Virus record (IMG/VR): IMGVR_UViG_3300047557_004034 | Span: 64,001 to 128,000 of that record | Strand: one strand, 5' to 3' | Source: a virus | Length of the DNA stretch: 64,000 nucleotides | In this document: positions 39,341 to 49,549 of the stretch, in pieces | Layout: the number at the start of each line of letters is the position of its first letter | Numbering within the stretch: the stretch's first letter is position 1 | The notes under the pieces: model-generated | Database searches by the model: none | Seen by the model: the letters and a program-made list of their open reading frames with translations, nothing else | What the model was told of the DNA's origin: nothing | Made by a program: the position numbers and the translations under genes

Positions 39341-40164
39341 TAGAAGTTAATTTATTCGACATGGAATTTATACATACTGAAAGTATGTTAGGGTACATTA
39401 CATGTTCTGATTTACTGAAACCCAAAAAAATTAAATGGGTTAACGGTAAAATGGTATTTGATGGCATCACAGTTTTTACTGACAGATATATCGACTACGA
39501 TTTTGATAAAGTAAAATCATCCATAAAAATCTTTTGGTTGTTAGAACCAAGAGCAGTAAGACCTGATGGATATTCTAAAATAATAAAATTAGAAGATAAG
39601 TTTGACTATATTTTAACTTATGACTCAGAATTACTAAAAAGAAATAAAAAATATGTAAAATATATTGTTGGACAATCTAGAGTTTATGAACCCAAGATAT
39701 GTGATAAAAAAAAGATGTTCAGTATGATAGCTTCAAATAAAAGAATGACTCAGGGACATAGATTTAGACACGATATATCCGAATCATTATCACTAAAACA
39801 TAAAATTGATATGTGGGGTTCAGGATATAAATCATTCAGTTCGAAAATTGACCCACTATCCGAATATTATTTTAGTATTTCAGTTATGAATAGTAAAATT
39901 GATAATTTTTTCACAGAAGTTCTTCTTGATAATTTTATGTTAGGAACTATCCCAATTTTTTGGGGATGTCCAAATATAAACGAATATTTTGATGATAGGG
40001 GTATCATAAGTTTTGATACCATATCCGAACTAGATGAAATATTATCAAATTTGACAATTAGAGATTATTATGATAGAATGGAGTATGTGAAGAAAAATTT
40101 AGAATTAGCTAAAAATTATGTATCAACTGATGACATAATTGCGGATATATTACAAAAACTTTAA
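39337..40164 (+). CDS. GT10-like glycosyltransferase
   Basis: YYFSISVMN....FFTEVLLD..MLGTIPIFWG, a variant GT10 signature. Confidence 0.75.
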   Translation: MIEVNLFDMEFIHTESMLGYITCSDLLKPKKIKWVNGKMVFDGITVFTDRYIDYDFDKVKSSIKIFWLLEPRAVRPDGYSKIIKLEDKFDYILTYDSELLKRNKKYVKYIVGQSRVYEPKICDKKKMFSMIASNKRMTQGHRFRHDISESLSLKHKIDMWGSGYKSFSSKIDPLSEYYFSISVMNSKIDNFFTEVLLDNFMLGTIPIFWGCPNINEYFDDRGIISFDTISELDEILSNLTIRDYYDRMEYVKKNLELAKNYVSTDDIIADILQKL

Positions 40165-40166
40165 TT

Positions 40167-40982
40167 ATGAAAATACTTGTTTTAGGTTCTTCGGGGCAGA
40201 TAGGGATACCCTTAGTAAAATTTTTAAGAAAAAGAAATCATGAAGTTATAGAATTTGACATCGTAAAAGACGTGAACGAAGATTTAAGAGTTCCTTCTGT
40301 TTTAGATAAAATACTCCCTTCAATCGATTTTGTTTTTTTCCTCGCTTTTGATGTTGGAGGGTCTAAATACCTAGAAAAATATCAAGGCACATATGAATTT
40401 TTAGATAATAACATCAAAATAATGGAATACACTTTTGATAGTTTGAAGAAGTATAATAAGAAATTTATCTTCACTTCGACTCAAATGTCAAATATGATTT
40501 ATTCCCCATATGGTTTGTCCAAAAGAATCGGTGAATTATATACTGAATCCTTGGGGGGTATAGTGGCCAAACTTTGGAATGTTTATGGATATGAACATGA
40601 TTTTGAAAAATCTCATGTAATCACGGACTTCGTTCTGATGTCTAAAAGGAACAACAAAATCGAGATGAGAACAAACGGTGAAGAAGAAAGACAGTTTCTT
40701 TATTCGGAAGATTGTTGTGAATGTTTAAATATTTTAATGGAGAAATATGATTACATTGATAAAAAACAATATTTTGAGCTTTCGAGTTTTGAATGGAGTA
40801 AAGTAATTGATGTGGCGAATATTATCAAGGACATTAATCCTGATTGTGAAGTCATACCAAACAATTTAAAAGATACTGTACAATTAGATAAAAAAAATGA
40901 ACCAAATAATTACGTATTAAATTACTGGAAACCAAAAGTATCTTTAAAAGATGGTATAAGAAAAATCTATGAAATGTATTAA
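40167..40982 (+). CDS. NAD-dependent epimerase/dehydratase
   Basis: LVLGSSGQIG, YGLSK, NVYG, RQFLYSED. Confidence 0.88.
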   Translation: MKILVLGSSGQIGIPLVKFLRKRNHEVIEFDIVKDVNEDLRVPSVLDKILPSIDFVFFLAFDVGGSKYLEKYQGTYEFLDNNIKIMEYTFDSLKKYNKKFIFTSTQMSNMIYSPYGLSKRIGELYTESLGGIVAKLWNVYGYEHDFEKSHVITDFVLMSKRNNKIEMRTNGEEERQFLYSEDCCECLNILMEKYDYIDKKQYFELSSFEWSKVIDVANIIKDINPDCEVIPNNLKDTVQLDKKNEPNNYVLNYWKPKVSLKDGIRKIYEMY

Positions 40983-41037
40983 TATCTTAATATTCATTTA
41001 TTTAATATTATTTTACAGTTAGTTTTAAACAAAAAAA

Positions 41038-41766
41038 ATGGCAAAAAACGTTAGGAAAAGTGAGAACCAATTTACAGAACAGCCCTTAATTAAAACGAAG
41101 AAGGATTTGATTTGTAGTATTTTAAGAAAAAAAACCAAACAAAAATTTTTATCAGAAAATCAACGAGTATACTATGAAAAACTGGAAAAAAATCAAATAA
41201 CAATTTGTTCAGGACCTGCAGGTGTTGGTAAAAGTTATATTTCAATGAAATGTGCAATAGATTTATTGTCCGACCCAACAACACCATATGAAAAAATTAT
41301 TATTGTTAGACCCGCGGTAGAAGCTGAAGAAAAATTAGGTAGTTTACCTGGTAATGTTGAAGAAAAATTAGACCCTTACATATTTCCATCCTACTATCTT
41401 TTAAATAAAATAATAGGTAAGGAAACGAGGGAAAAACTCAAAGAAATTGAGGCGATTGAAGTTTTTGCTTTGGCATATATGAGAGGTATGAACATTGATA
41501 ATTCCATCCTCATATTTGAGGAAGCTCAAAACTCGACACCGAATCAAATGAAACTTCTCATGACAAGAATTGGGTTTAACTCGAAATTCTTTATTTCAGG
41601 TGACTTAGAACAAACTGATAGATATAAAGATAAAACTCAAACAGGGCTTTATGATGCGATTAAAAGATTTGGGGGTGTGAATGACATATCTATTCATGAA
41701 TTTGAATCCAAAGATGTTGTCAGAAATTCCCTTATCTCTGAAATTTTGAAAAAATATGATGAATGA
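41038..41766 (+). CDS. phoH: PhoH-family ATPase
   Basis: GPAGVGKS, RPAVE, LGSLPG, AYMRG, EAQN, TRIG, GDLEQTD. Confidence 0.93.
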   Translation: MAKNVRKSENQFTEQPLIKTKKDLICSILRKKTKQKFLSENQRVYYEKLEKNQITICSGPAGVGKSYISMKCAIDLLSDPTTPYEKIIIVRPAVEAEEKLGSLPGNVEEKLDPYIFPSYYLLNKIIGKETREKLKEIEAIEVFALAYMRGMNIDNSILIFEEAQNSTPNQMKLLMTRIGFNSKFFISGDLEQTDRYKDKTQTGLYDAIKRFGGVNDISIHEFESKDVVRNSLISEILKKYDE

Positions 41767-42353
41767 AAATAGGTATTGATGTTAATAATGTTCTCAGGGA
41801 TACCCTCACGAAAATAGAACAAGTTTATGAAAGATGGTTTATTGAGAACCATGATGAGGAAGATGATTTTAAATATGAAATTAAATCTCCTGTAACTTCA
41901 TTAGACTTAATGAATCATTTATCTTTCAAAGATAAAGACCATCTTTATGATTTCTTATATAAGGATTTTACCATGGAAATATTTGGTCACGCCGGTTCTG
42001 TCGAAATGACAACGATGAATGACCTAAATGATTTCTACCATAATTTGAGGGAGTATCATGATATCATAATTGTTTCGGATGAGATTGGTAAATCGAAACC
42101 CGCAACTTTATTTTTTATTTCTAAATTTGGTTGTTTGATTGAAACTATTAAATTTTATTCTGAACAAACAAAAAAACAGATGTGGAAATCTGTAGATATT
42201 TTACTTACTGCAAATCCTGAACTACTTTTGAATAAACCATCGAAAAAAATGGTTATAAAATACGAAACCTCTTTTAATAAACACATTCACACAGAACACA
42301 CAATAACAAATTTGAAAGAACTCGAAAATAAAATAAAAGAAATTTATGGTTAA
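41763..42353 (+). CDS. HAD-like 5'(3')-deoxyribonucleotidase-type protein with atypical motif I
   Basis: MKIGIDVNNVLRD N-terminus (canonical IxIDxDGV). Confidence 0.55.
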   Translation: MKIGIDVNNVLRDTLTKIEQVYERWFIENHDEEDDFKYEIKSPVTSLDLMNHLSFKDKDHLYDFLYKDFTMEIFGHAGSVEMTTMNDLNDFYHNLREYHDIIIVSDEIGKSKPATLFFISKFGCLIETIKFYSEQTKKQMWKSVDILLTANPELLLNKPSKKMVIKYETSFNKHIHTEHTITNLKELENKIKEIYG

Positions 42354-42627
42354 CGTTTTGGGCGAAAATTATTTTATTGACTTGGACGCTGTCGAAGATT
42401 ACTTAGATATGAGTTTGGAACCATCAGTTGAAAATTCAGGAGTAACTGAAACTAAAGTAAATTTGATTAAATTTGAAATGGTCAAAATGTTACTAGAAGT
42501 TATATTATCTGAAGATGTTGAAATGGATGATAAATTGGGTATCAAATCATCAAATAGTTCAACTTCAATCCCATTCAAAATTGCATTCAATACTCTGTTA
42601 AATAAAAAATTAATTAACTATTATTAA
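42346..42627 (+). CDS. Hypothetical protein
   Basis: Operonic ORF, 93 aa. Confidence 0.6.
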   Translation: MVNVLGENYFIDLDAVEDYLDMSLEPSVENSGVTETKVNLIKFEMVKMLLEVILSEDVEMDDKLGIKSSNSSTSIPFKIAFNTLLNKKLINYY

Positions 42628-42630
42628 AAA

Positions 42631-43686
42631 ATGGAAAATAACTTAAAAGAAAAGGTTCAACAATCTATAGAGAACTTAAAAAATAAGTCCTCGAGGATTT
42701 ACTTCATGGTTCAAGACACCAAAGGAAATGCTAAAGCTTCTGTTAGATATATCTATCAAGTTGCTATGTCATTGAAAGAAGCAGGTTACAATGCAATAAT
42801 TCTACACGAAAAAAACGACTACACTGGAGTAGGTGGATGGATGGGTCCTGAATATATGGAAAACATTCCACATAAGTCTATTGAAAAACAAAACTTAGAA
42901 ATTGCACCTGAAGACTTTATTGTCATACCTGAATTATTTGGTTATGTTATGGAACAAATCAAAAATATCCCATGTGGAAAAATAGTTATGACACAGTCTT
43001 ACAAATACATGTTAGAAACCTTACAACCTGGACAAACATGGCAACAATTTGGTTTTTTTAAATGTTTAACAACCACCCAAAAACAAAAGGAATATATTGA
43101 GGGCATCATGAAAAATGTGAGTGTTGATATACTAACTCCATACATTTCGGATGTTTTTGAAAAAAGAGAGTTACCTCCGATGCCAATTATTGGTATCCAT
43201 TCAAGGGAACAATCCGATACAATTAATTTGATAAAAACTTTTTATCTAAAGTTTCCACAATTTAGATGGTTCACTTTTAGAGATTTGAGAGGTCTCAGTG
43301 AAAAAGAATTTGCGAACTCTTTAAAAGAATGTTTTTTATCTGTTTGGATTGATAGAGAGAGTGGTTTTGGGACTTATCCTTTAGAATCAATGGCCTGTGG
43401 TGTTCCTGTTATGGGACTTATTCCTGATATGTTACCTGAATGGATGGTGGAAGAAAACGGAATTTGGGTTGATGACATTACTATGTTGCCAGATTTTATT
43501 GCCGATTTTACACAAAACTGGTTAGAAGATAATATCAAACCAGAACTATATTCTGGTATTGATGCAACCTCAGCAAAATATAAAAATAGAGATGAATTTA
43601 ACAGTAAGAATTTAGAACTTTTCGATTCTTACATAAAAACAAGAGTTGAGTCTTTAGAATCACAAATTTCAAAATTAGAAGATTAA
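42631..43686 (+). CDS. GT-B (GT4-like) glycosyltransferase
   Basis: DFIVIPE; SGFGTYPLESMACGVPV. Confidence 0.8.
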   Translation: MENNLKEKVQQSIENLKNKSSRIYFMVQDTKGNAKASVRYIYQVAMSLKEAGYNAIILHEKNDYTGVGGWMGPEYMENIPHKSIEKQNLEIAPEDFIVIPELFGYVMEQIKNIPCGKIVMTQSYKYMLETLQPGQTWQQFGFFKCLTTTQKQKEYIEGIMKNVSVDILTPYISDVFEKRELPPMPIIGIHSREQSDTINLIKTFYLKFPQFRWFTFRDLRGLSEKEFANSLKECFLSVWIDRESGFGTYPLESMACGVPVMGLIPDMLPEWMVEENGIWVDDITMLPDFIADFTQNWLEDNIKPELYSGIDATSAKYKNRDEFNSKNLELFDSYIKTRVESLESQISKLED

Positions 43687-43687
43687 T

Positions 43688-44494
43688 ATGAAAAATAAAT
43701 TACCAATTTCAGTAATTCTGCCAATAAAATCTGCAATAGTAAAAGACTTTGAAGATTATTTTGACAAAGCAATAAAGTCTATAATATCGAATGATGTAAT
43801 TCCTTCTGAGCTAGTAATTGTTCATACACAAGAAGAAAAGTTAGTTAACTTTTTGAATGAGTATAATTTCGAGGAATTGAACGTAAAAAAAATAAAATTT
43901 GAAGAATCTCCAAATTATTGTTCACAAGTTAATTTTGGTATAAAAAGTAGCGAATACGAATGGGTTTCAATATTTGAATTCGATGATGAATATTCATCTA
44001 TATGGTTCCGAAATGTGAAAAAATACATGGACGCATATCCGACCGCTCAGGTTTTACTACCTGTCGTTGTTGATACTGATTCGAAAGGAATGTTTGCAGG
44101 ATTTACAAATGAAGCAGTCTTTGCAGCAAACTTCACACAAGAATTAGGATATCTAACGAATGAAACTTTACAAAATTATCAGAATTTTCAGACCGCAGGT
44201 TCAGTTATAAAAAAACAAGTTTTCGAAGATTTTGGTTATTTCAAGTCATCAATCAAGTTAACATTCGTATATGAATTTCTTTTGAGATTAACATATAACT
44301 CAGTGAACATAATGACTATTCCAAAACTTGGTTATAAACATTTGAACATGAGAGAAGGTTCAATATTTTGGTCTTACAAAAACTCATCAGAGAAAATGCT
44401 CGAGGATGAAGTTAAATTTTGGTTGGCAACAGCAAAAAAAGAATACTTTTTTGTTGAGGATAGAACCATAAAATATGAACCCCAAGAATCCTAA
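43688..44494 (+). CDS. GT2 glycosyltransferase
   Basis: ISVILPI, VNFGI, FEFDDEY, YEFLLR, IPKLGYKH. Confidence 0.8.
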   Translation: MKNKLPISVILPIKSAIVKDFEDYFDKAIKSIISNDVIPSELVIVHTQEEKLVNFLNEYNFEELNVKKIKFEESPNYCSQVNFGIKSSEYEWVSIFEFDDEYSSIWFRNVKKYMDAYPTAQVLLPVVVDTDSKGMFAGFTNEAVFAANFTQELGYLTNETLQNYQNFQTAGSVIKKQVFEDFGYFKSSIKLTFVYEFLLRLTYNSVNIMTIPKLGYKHLNMREGSIFWSYKNSSEKMLEDEVKFWLATAKKEYFFVEDRTIKYEPQES

Positions 44495-45243
44495 TGAACT
44501 TAACTCTGTCCGCAATAACAGAGGATGTTGTAACAAAAAAAAGAGGTAGAAAAGCTCAAAAAGAAAACTACTTTGATATAAGAGAAGAAGAAGCGGTAAA
44601 ACGATTCTTAATAGCAAAAACGTCCGAAGAAAAAAACAAAATCTATAATGAGTTCTTAAGAGCTCCTTTGGATAAGATGATATCTTCAATAATTAGAAGA
44701 TATAAGTTATATAGAAAAGATATGGATTTTCAAGAAATTCATGTTGATACACATTCTTTTCTAATGACAAAAGTGGATAAATTTAAACCTTCCAAAAACA
44801 AAAAGGCGTATTCATATTTTGGTACGATATGCAAAAACTATTTGATGGGTCAAATTATAAAAGACCAAAAAGAAACAAATAGAAAAATATCGTATGAGGA
44901 TGTATCCTCCGCTTTAGAAGAAAGAGCTGATATGATTTATACAATAGACGACGACACTTTGGGTGTTGAAGTTGTAATTTCTGTTTACATAAAAGAGCTA
45001 AAAGATTTTATAGATAATGAATCTTTAAGTGATAATGAAAAAAAATTGGGGTTTGCATTAGTAGACCTATTTGATAATTACGAAACAATATTTTCTTCAA
45101 CAGACAATAACAAATTCAATAAAAATATAATCTTATTGTCTCTCAGAGAAATGACAAACTTGTCTACCAAAGAAATAAGGACATCTATAAAAAAATTCAA
45201 GAAACTATATCTTGGGATTCAAAGTAAATTAAAAAATTACTAA
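44494..45243 (+). CDS. Phage late sigma factor (T4 gp55-like, sigma70 region 2)
   Basis: ENYF..EE.AV..FL N-terminus; KFKPSKNKKAYSYFGTICKNYL resembles the F.P.K...F.YF..I..N region 2 of gp55/ECF sigma factors. Confidence 0.7.
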   Translation: MNLTLSAITEDVVTKKRGRKAQKENYFDIREEEAVKRFLIAKTSEEKNKIYNEFLRAPLDKMISSIIRRYKLYRKDMDFQEIHVDTHSFLMTKVDKFKPSKNKKAYSYFGTICKNYLMGQIIKDQKETNRKISYEDVSSALEERADMIYTIDDDTLGVEVVISVYIKELKDFIDNESLSDNEKKLGFALVDLFDNYETIFSSTDNNKFNKNIILLSLREMTNLSTKEIRTSIKKFKKLYLGIQSKLKNY

Positions 45244-45259
45244 AAAAGTATTTATAGAT

Positions 45260-45622
45260 ATGCCGAGACCTCAAAAAAAAGAAATTAATTTCACTAAAGA
45301 GAGTATTTTATCTCTCATGCAAGAAATATATAATGAGTTAGTTGAACAAAGAAATACCGCAATCAGAATTCAAAATAAAATGTTGACGATGATGAAAGAC
45401 CCTGAAGATATGACAATGATTGGTCCTGTAATTGAAAAACAACAAAAAATTATCAATGATTGTGTCGAAAAAAAAATAAACCTCTCCAAAATACAATCAA
45501 GTATTTGGGAGAAATCTAACTCTTCACAGGAATCATTCTCGCTAGCAGATTTGGATGATGATTTGATTCAAAATTTGATTGAAAAGGATGTATCTAAAGA
45601 TGAAGAGTCATATAGAATTTAA
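45260..45622 (+). CDS. Hypothetical helical late protein
   Basis: Coiled-coil-like ORF; TATTTAT 4 nt upstream. Confidence 0.55.
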   Translation: MPRPQKKEINFTKESILSLMQEIYNELVEQRNTAIRIQNKMLTMMKDPEDMTMIGPVIEKQQKIINDCVEKKINLSKIQSSIWEKSNSSQESFSLADLDDDLIQNLIEKDVSKDEESYRI

Positions 45623-45627
45623 AATTT

Positions 45628-47811
45628 ATGGCTCTTTCTTTACCACAACAACAATCTCAGATTGAAAACAGACTGACGGCACTGAAAACTTATAATGAGG
45701 TTTCGGATGCACAAAAGAAAATTCTTTCTAAAGCAGGTAATTCTTTTTCAAATGTTGGAAATAAGTTTTCCTCTCAATTAAATAAAATTTCGGAGCAACA
45801 AAAACGATTCCAAAGAGATGCCCCTACATCGATGGATAGGGTACTGAATCTTTTGAATATCACTAATGGTGCTGGACCTGAAAGTTTCAGGTTTTTAAGG
45901 AGGGCATTAATTCAAACATTAGTTGAAATTGGTCCTCAAATTAACAAGATACTTGCTGAAGAAACAATAAAGGCTTTAGGATGTTCACAAGAACAAACTT
46001 ATACTGGAATTAATGTTGGTGAGGTACAAGTACCGAGTCTTGCATTACTTCCATCAAATCAAGGTATCTATGTTCCTTTAAAAAATATTGATTTATCGGG
46101 TAGTTTGAAAATTCCAACCCCCGAAGAAAGTGGTGTAAAGGAAAATCTATCAGACGTAAACCCTACCGATGTATTATTCAATTTTCAATCAACCTTGAAA
46201 GGATGGTTGGGTAAAATATACTACGAAAAAGAAATACCTTCTAAGTCTGACAAATTTGTGCCATATGGAGGTGCGGTAAAATATCCTATGTTAAAAGCGT
46301 TGAGACAAAGGACTCAATCCCAAGGTCAAACCTACGAAAATAACTATGGTGCATACTATAATGGTAAATCGGGTGATTATTTATTCGACTTAGTTTATAC
46401 AAACCAAGGTGGTTTAGGGGAAAGTGGTGATTTTCTGAGAGTCTTTCTTTTAGATAGAGAAGGAGCACCTAAAAATCCTTCAGGATTCTCGATGAACAAT
46501 GTGACAGAATTCGTTCAGGATTACTATTCAACGATTGAAACTTTTGCATTACCTCAAGTATTAGCAACTACAATAAATTATCTAACAAATTTTGCAGATA
46601 TAAAGGCGAGGGTTGGTTTTGCACAAATGGAGGCACAAAATAAGTTTGCATTACTTTTGAATAGAATTTTAGGACTTTGCTTTGACGACAGAGAAGAAAT
46701 CGATGTTAGTGGTAATGCAAAAGTTGGGGAACTCGATGGGGTGGATGATGCTTTTTTTGAATTTACTGAAGTAGATTTGAGAAACATCGAATTCAATATT
46801 GCTGACGCTCAACAAGGTGTTGTAACCTTTATAGATTGCGACAATGTCAAGCTACCCGTAGATGCTGACTCAATTGCGACACAAATTGTAGAATTTTCAG
46901 ACAATTTACCCACACAAACAAAGGCGGAGCAAGTTGATGCAATAGAAAAAATAATTGATTCAATTACTAAGGACCCGAAGTGGAAACTTTTATACCCGAA
47001 TACCGCGGGTATCGACGTATCTATTAGTAAAAATTTTATCAAACAACTTCCTGTGGCCTTAGCTTCTTCCATACTAAATCCAAAGGTGTTATTACCTCTC
47101 ATGACTATGTTTAAAGTATTGGAAAAAAATGTAACCGATGATGCAAACGATATTATCAGACAACAGAATGAACTGATATCATCAGCAAATACAATATTAA
47201 AATCAGGTACAACAATCGGTCAACAAGTTTCTAAAGAGATAAATGATGGTGTGGACTTCGTAAAAAAGAATAAGACGTTTGTCATTGCTTTAGTATCAAG
47301 AATTTCTGCAATATTCATCGAAACTCTTTTCGAAATTTTAAAAAGGGAAATCTTTGTTTTACTTGAAGTTATAATAAGAGACATTAATAAGTCTGCAACC
47401 CTAAAAAAATATGCAATCATTCTGAGGTTAGTTCAATTGGCGTATGTAATCGGTAGATTTGTTAGGGATTATAGGAAATGTAAATCTCTATTGGATGAAA
47501 TTGCAATGTTGTTACAAATGATAAGTAATTCAGTTGGGGCAATAAGACTTCCAGCATTTCTCAATTTATTTGCGGCTCTTCTACCAGGATTTTCACCCGA
47601 AAGAGCAACATTGAATGTTATTGAGGAGCTTCAAAAACTTGGAATACCTACCGGTCCAGGGCCAGACGGTTCTGACAATTTAATGAATCAGTTTGTTAAA
47701 TCAGTTATATCTGGTATGGATTCCGAAGAAAGTCAAAACGGTAAAGTACAAACATCTGTAGCATTAGCTCCTCCAATCGGATTAATAAGCACATACGGAA
47801 AAAAAATGTAA
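45628..47811 (+). CDS. Large hypothetical virion (baseplate/tail-associated) protein
   Basis: 727-aa helical ORF with amphipathic/hydrophobic C-terminal helices, upstream of the spike gene. Confidence 0.5.
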   Translation: MALSLPQQQSQIENRLTALKTYNEVSDAQKKILSKAGNSFSNVGNKFSSQLNKISEQQKRFQRDAPTSMDRVLNLLNITNGAGPESFRFLRRALIQTLVEIGPQINKILAEETIKALGCSQEQTYTGINVGEVQVPSLALLPSNQGIYVPLKNIDLSGSLKIPTPEESGVKENLSDVNPTDVLFNFQSTLKGWLGKIYYEKEIPSKSDKFVPYGGAVKYPMLKALRQRTQSQGQTYENNYGAYYNGKSGDYLFDLVYTNQGGLGESGDFLRVFLLDREGAPKNPSGFSMNNVTEFVQDYYSTIETFALPQVLATTINYLTNFADIKARVGFAQMEAQNKFALLLNRILGLCFDDREEIDVSGNAKVGELDGVDDAFFEFTEVDLRNIEFNIADAQQGVVTFIDCDNVKLPVDADSIATQIVEFSDNLPTQTKAEQVDAIEKIIDSITKDPKWKLLYPNTAGIDVSISKNFIKQLPVALASSILNPKVLLPLMTMFKVLEKNVTDDANDIIRQQNELISSANTILKSGTTIGQQVSKEINDGVDFVKKNKTFVIALVSRISAIFIETLFEILKREIFVLLEVIIRDINKSATLKKYAIILRLVQLAYVIGRFVRDYRKCKSLLDEIAMLLQMISNSVGAIRLPAFLNLFAALLPGFSPERATLNVIEELQKLGIPTGPGPDGSDNLMNQFVKSVISGMDSEESQNGKVQTSVALAPPIGLISTYGKKM

Positions 47812-47812
47812 A

Positions 47813-48016
47813 ATGACAAAAGAAGAATTAGATGAAATAATTGATTCGCAAAAGGATTTGAAAAATATACCAAATTCGACTTTGATTTCACAGATGGATT
47901 TATTGACTCAAGATTTTGACGATACCAAAGAAAAAATAATAAGCATGACTTATTATTTAGATAAAGTGGAAGAATTATATAATAATATATTATCAGAATA
48001 TCAAAATAGAGTATAA
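47813..48016 (+). CDS. Small coiled-coil hypothetical protein
   Basis: Operonic ORF whose stop overlaps the next start. Confidence 0.55.
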   Translation: MTKEELDEIIDSQKDLKNIPNSTLISQMDLLTQDFDDTKEKIISMTYYLDKVEELYNNILSEYQNRV

Positions 48017-49530
48017 TGTCTAAACAACTATTTTTTCAATGCGAAGTCTTGAATAATCAAGACCCTCTTATGCTCGGAAGAGTAAGGGCTAGATTAATTT
48101 CGGATAACTATCAGGACATGATTAAGTCTTTTGATAGACCACCATGGAATGAACAGAAAGACCCATGGACCGAAAGAGACCCATTCGTATTTAATCCATT
48201 ATTACCCTATTTCATCTATCAAGTCCCTCAAGTTGGAGAATTAATTAATGTCCTGTATTACAATTCAGATTTTCAATATAGAAATCAATATTATGTACAA
48301 GCTACTTACTCAACACCCACAACATCAAATTTTGAATATTATGTAGGTGGACTAAAATTCAATGGGTGGGGTGTACAGTTTACCAACCCTAAACCAATAA
48401 AAAACGCCGATGGAAGTTATGAGAATAATACTTCAAAAGGCGTATTCCCAGAACCTGGTGATAATTCAATTTTAGGAAGAGGAAATTCTGACGTTGTTGT
48501 AAAACCAAACGGAGTATTAATTCGTTCAAATAAGTATAAAGGAGAGCTCATTCCGAATGTATTACCTGTTGCAAATAACAAAGGTGGTTTCTTACATTTA
48601 GAAAAATTTGATTTTACCAAAACAAAAGATAAAAAGAAGACCTATACTGAACTTATTGAAGACATTGTCGTTTGTAAATATTTGATTGAATATTCTATAA
48701 TAAATCCCGAGAATGAACAAAATAGTTACACTGGTTTTGTGTTTCTTTATAAATTGAGACCTGACCAAAAAGTTAACTCTCAGGAATTGAAAGTTGATTC
48801 AAATGTTGATAATTTAAAATCTTTGATAATTTCAGAACCATTCAGAGCATTGACACTCGACCAAACTGCTGAATTTATAAATGGGTTTATAAATGAAATA
48901 AATTCAAAAAATAAGTTTAAAGGTAGAGAATTATTTACTGATGAATCAGTCAATAAGTTCCCTATTTTCTATAGACCCACGCCTGACTTTTACAATCTAA
49001 TTTCATCCAATCCATCCCCAACAACTGCAAACATAAGTTATCTATTTGCAAACAAACTTTATAATAGAATAAAATTAAACGTTGAGTCTCCAAATAGTGG
49101 GTATGGTTTGATATACGCCCAAAATAAAGTAGGATTACCATTCAAATTGAATAGAACTAATATTCAAAGTTACAAATACCCCAACAACCCCCAAACATTC
49201 GGAAGCTTTGCGGCAGACAAAGTTTTTTTACTTTCACAGGTTTCTTCAATTCCAGGTAAAGGAGTTATCAACTTTGACGGCACAGTTTATGGTATTTCTG
49301 CGGATAAATACATCAAAGAAATTATACCTAAAACTTCAAGTTCAGTCAGGGGAGAAGAACTTATGGAACTATTAAACTTAATAGTTAGTTTTTTACTTAC
49401 ACATACACACAACTATCCTATGTTACCTCCAAACCCAAAATCTTATGCCGGTGTTACGGCTGAAGATGTATTGACAGAGATACAAAATGCAACAAATAAA
49501 ATTCTTAATGCCAATATAAGACTGAATTGA
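48016..49530 (+). CDS. Baseplate central spike/hub protein (gp5/gpV-like)
   Basis: OB-fold N-terminus V.NNQDP..LGRVRAR...PLLP....VPQVGE; C-terminal VRGEEL...THTH (HxH metal-binding tip). Confidence 0.75.
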   Translation: MSKQLFFQCEVLNNQDPLMLGRVRARLISDNYQDMIKSFDRPPWNEQKDPWTERDPFVFNPLLPYFIYQVPQVGELINVLYYNSDFQYRNQYYVQATYSTPTTSNFEYYVGGLKFNGWGVQFTNPKPIKNADGSYENNTSKGVFPEPGDNSILGRGNSDVVVKPNGVLIRSNKYKGELIPNVLPVANNKGGFLHLEKFDFTKTKDKKKTYTELIEDIVVCKYLIEYSIINPENEQNSYTGFVFLYKLRPDQKVNSQELKVDSNVDNLKSLIISEPFRALTLDQTAEFINGFINEINSKNKFKGRELFTDESVNKFPIFYRPTPDFYNLISSNPSPTTANISYLFANKLYNRIKLNVESPNSGYGLIYAQNKVGLPFKLNRTNIQSYKYPNNPQTFGSFAADKVFLLSQVSSIPGKGVINFDGTVYGISADKYIKEIIPKTSSSVRGEELMELLNLIVSFLLTHTHNYPMLPPNPKSYAGVTAEDVLTEIQNATNKILNANIRLN

Positions 49531-49549
49531 TATTTATGTAAAAAGATAA

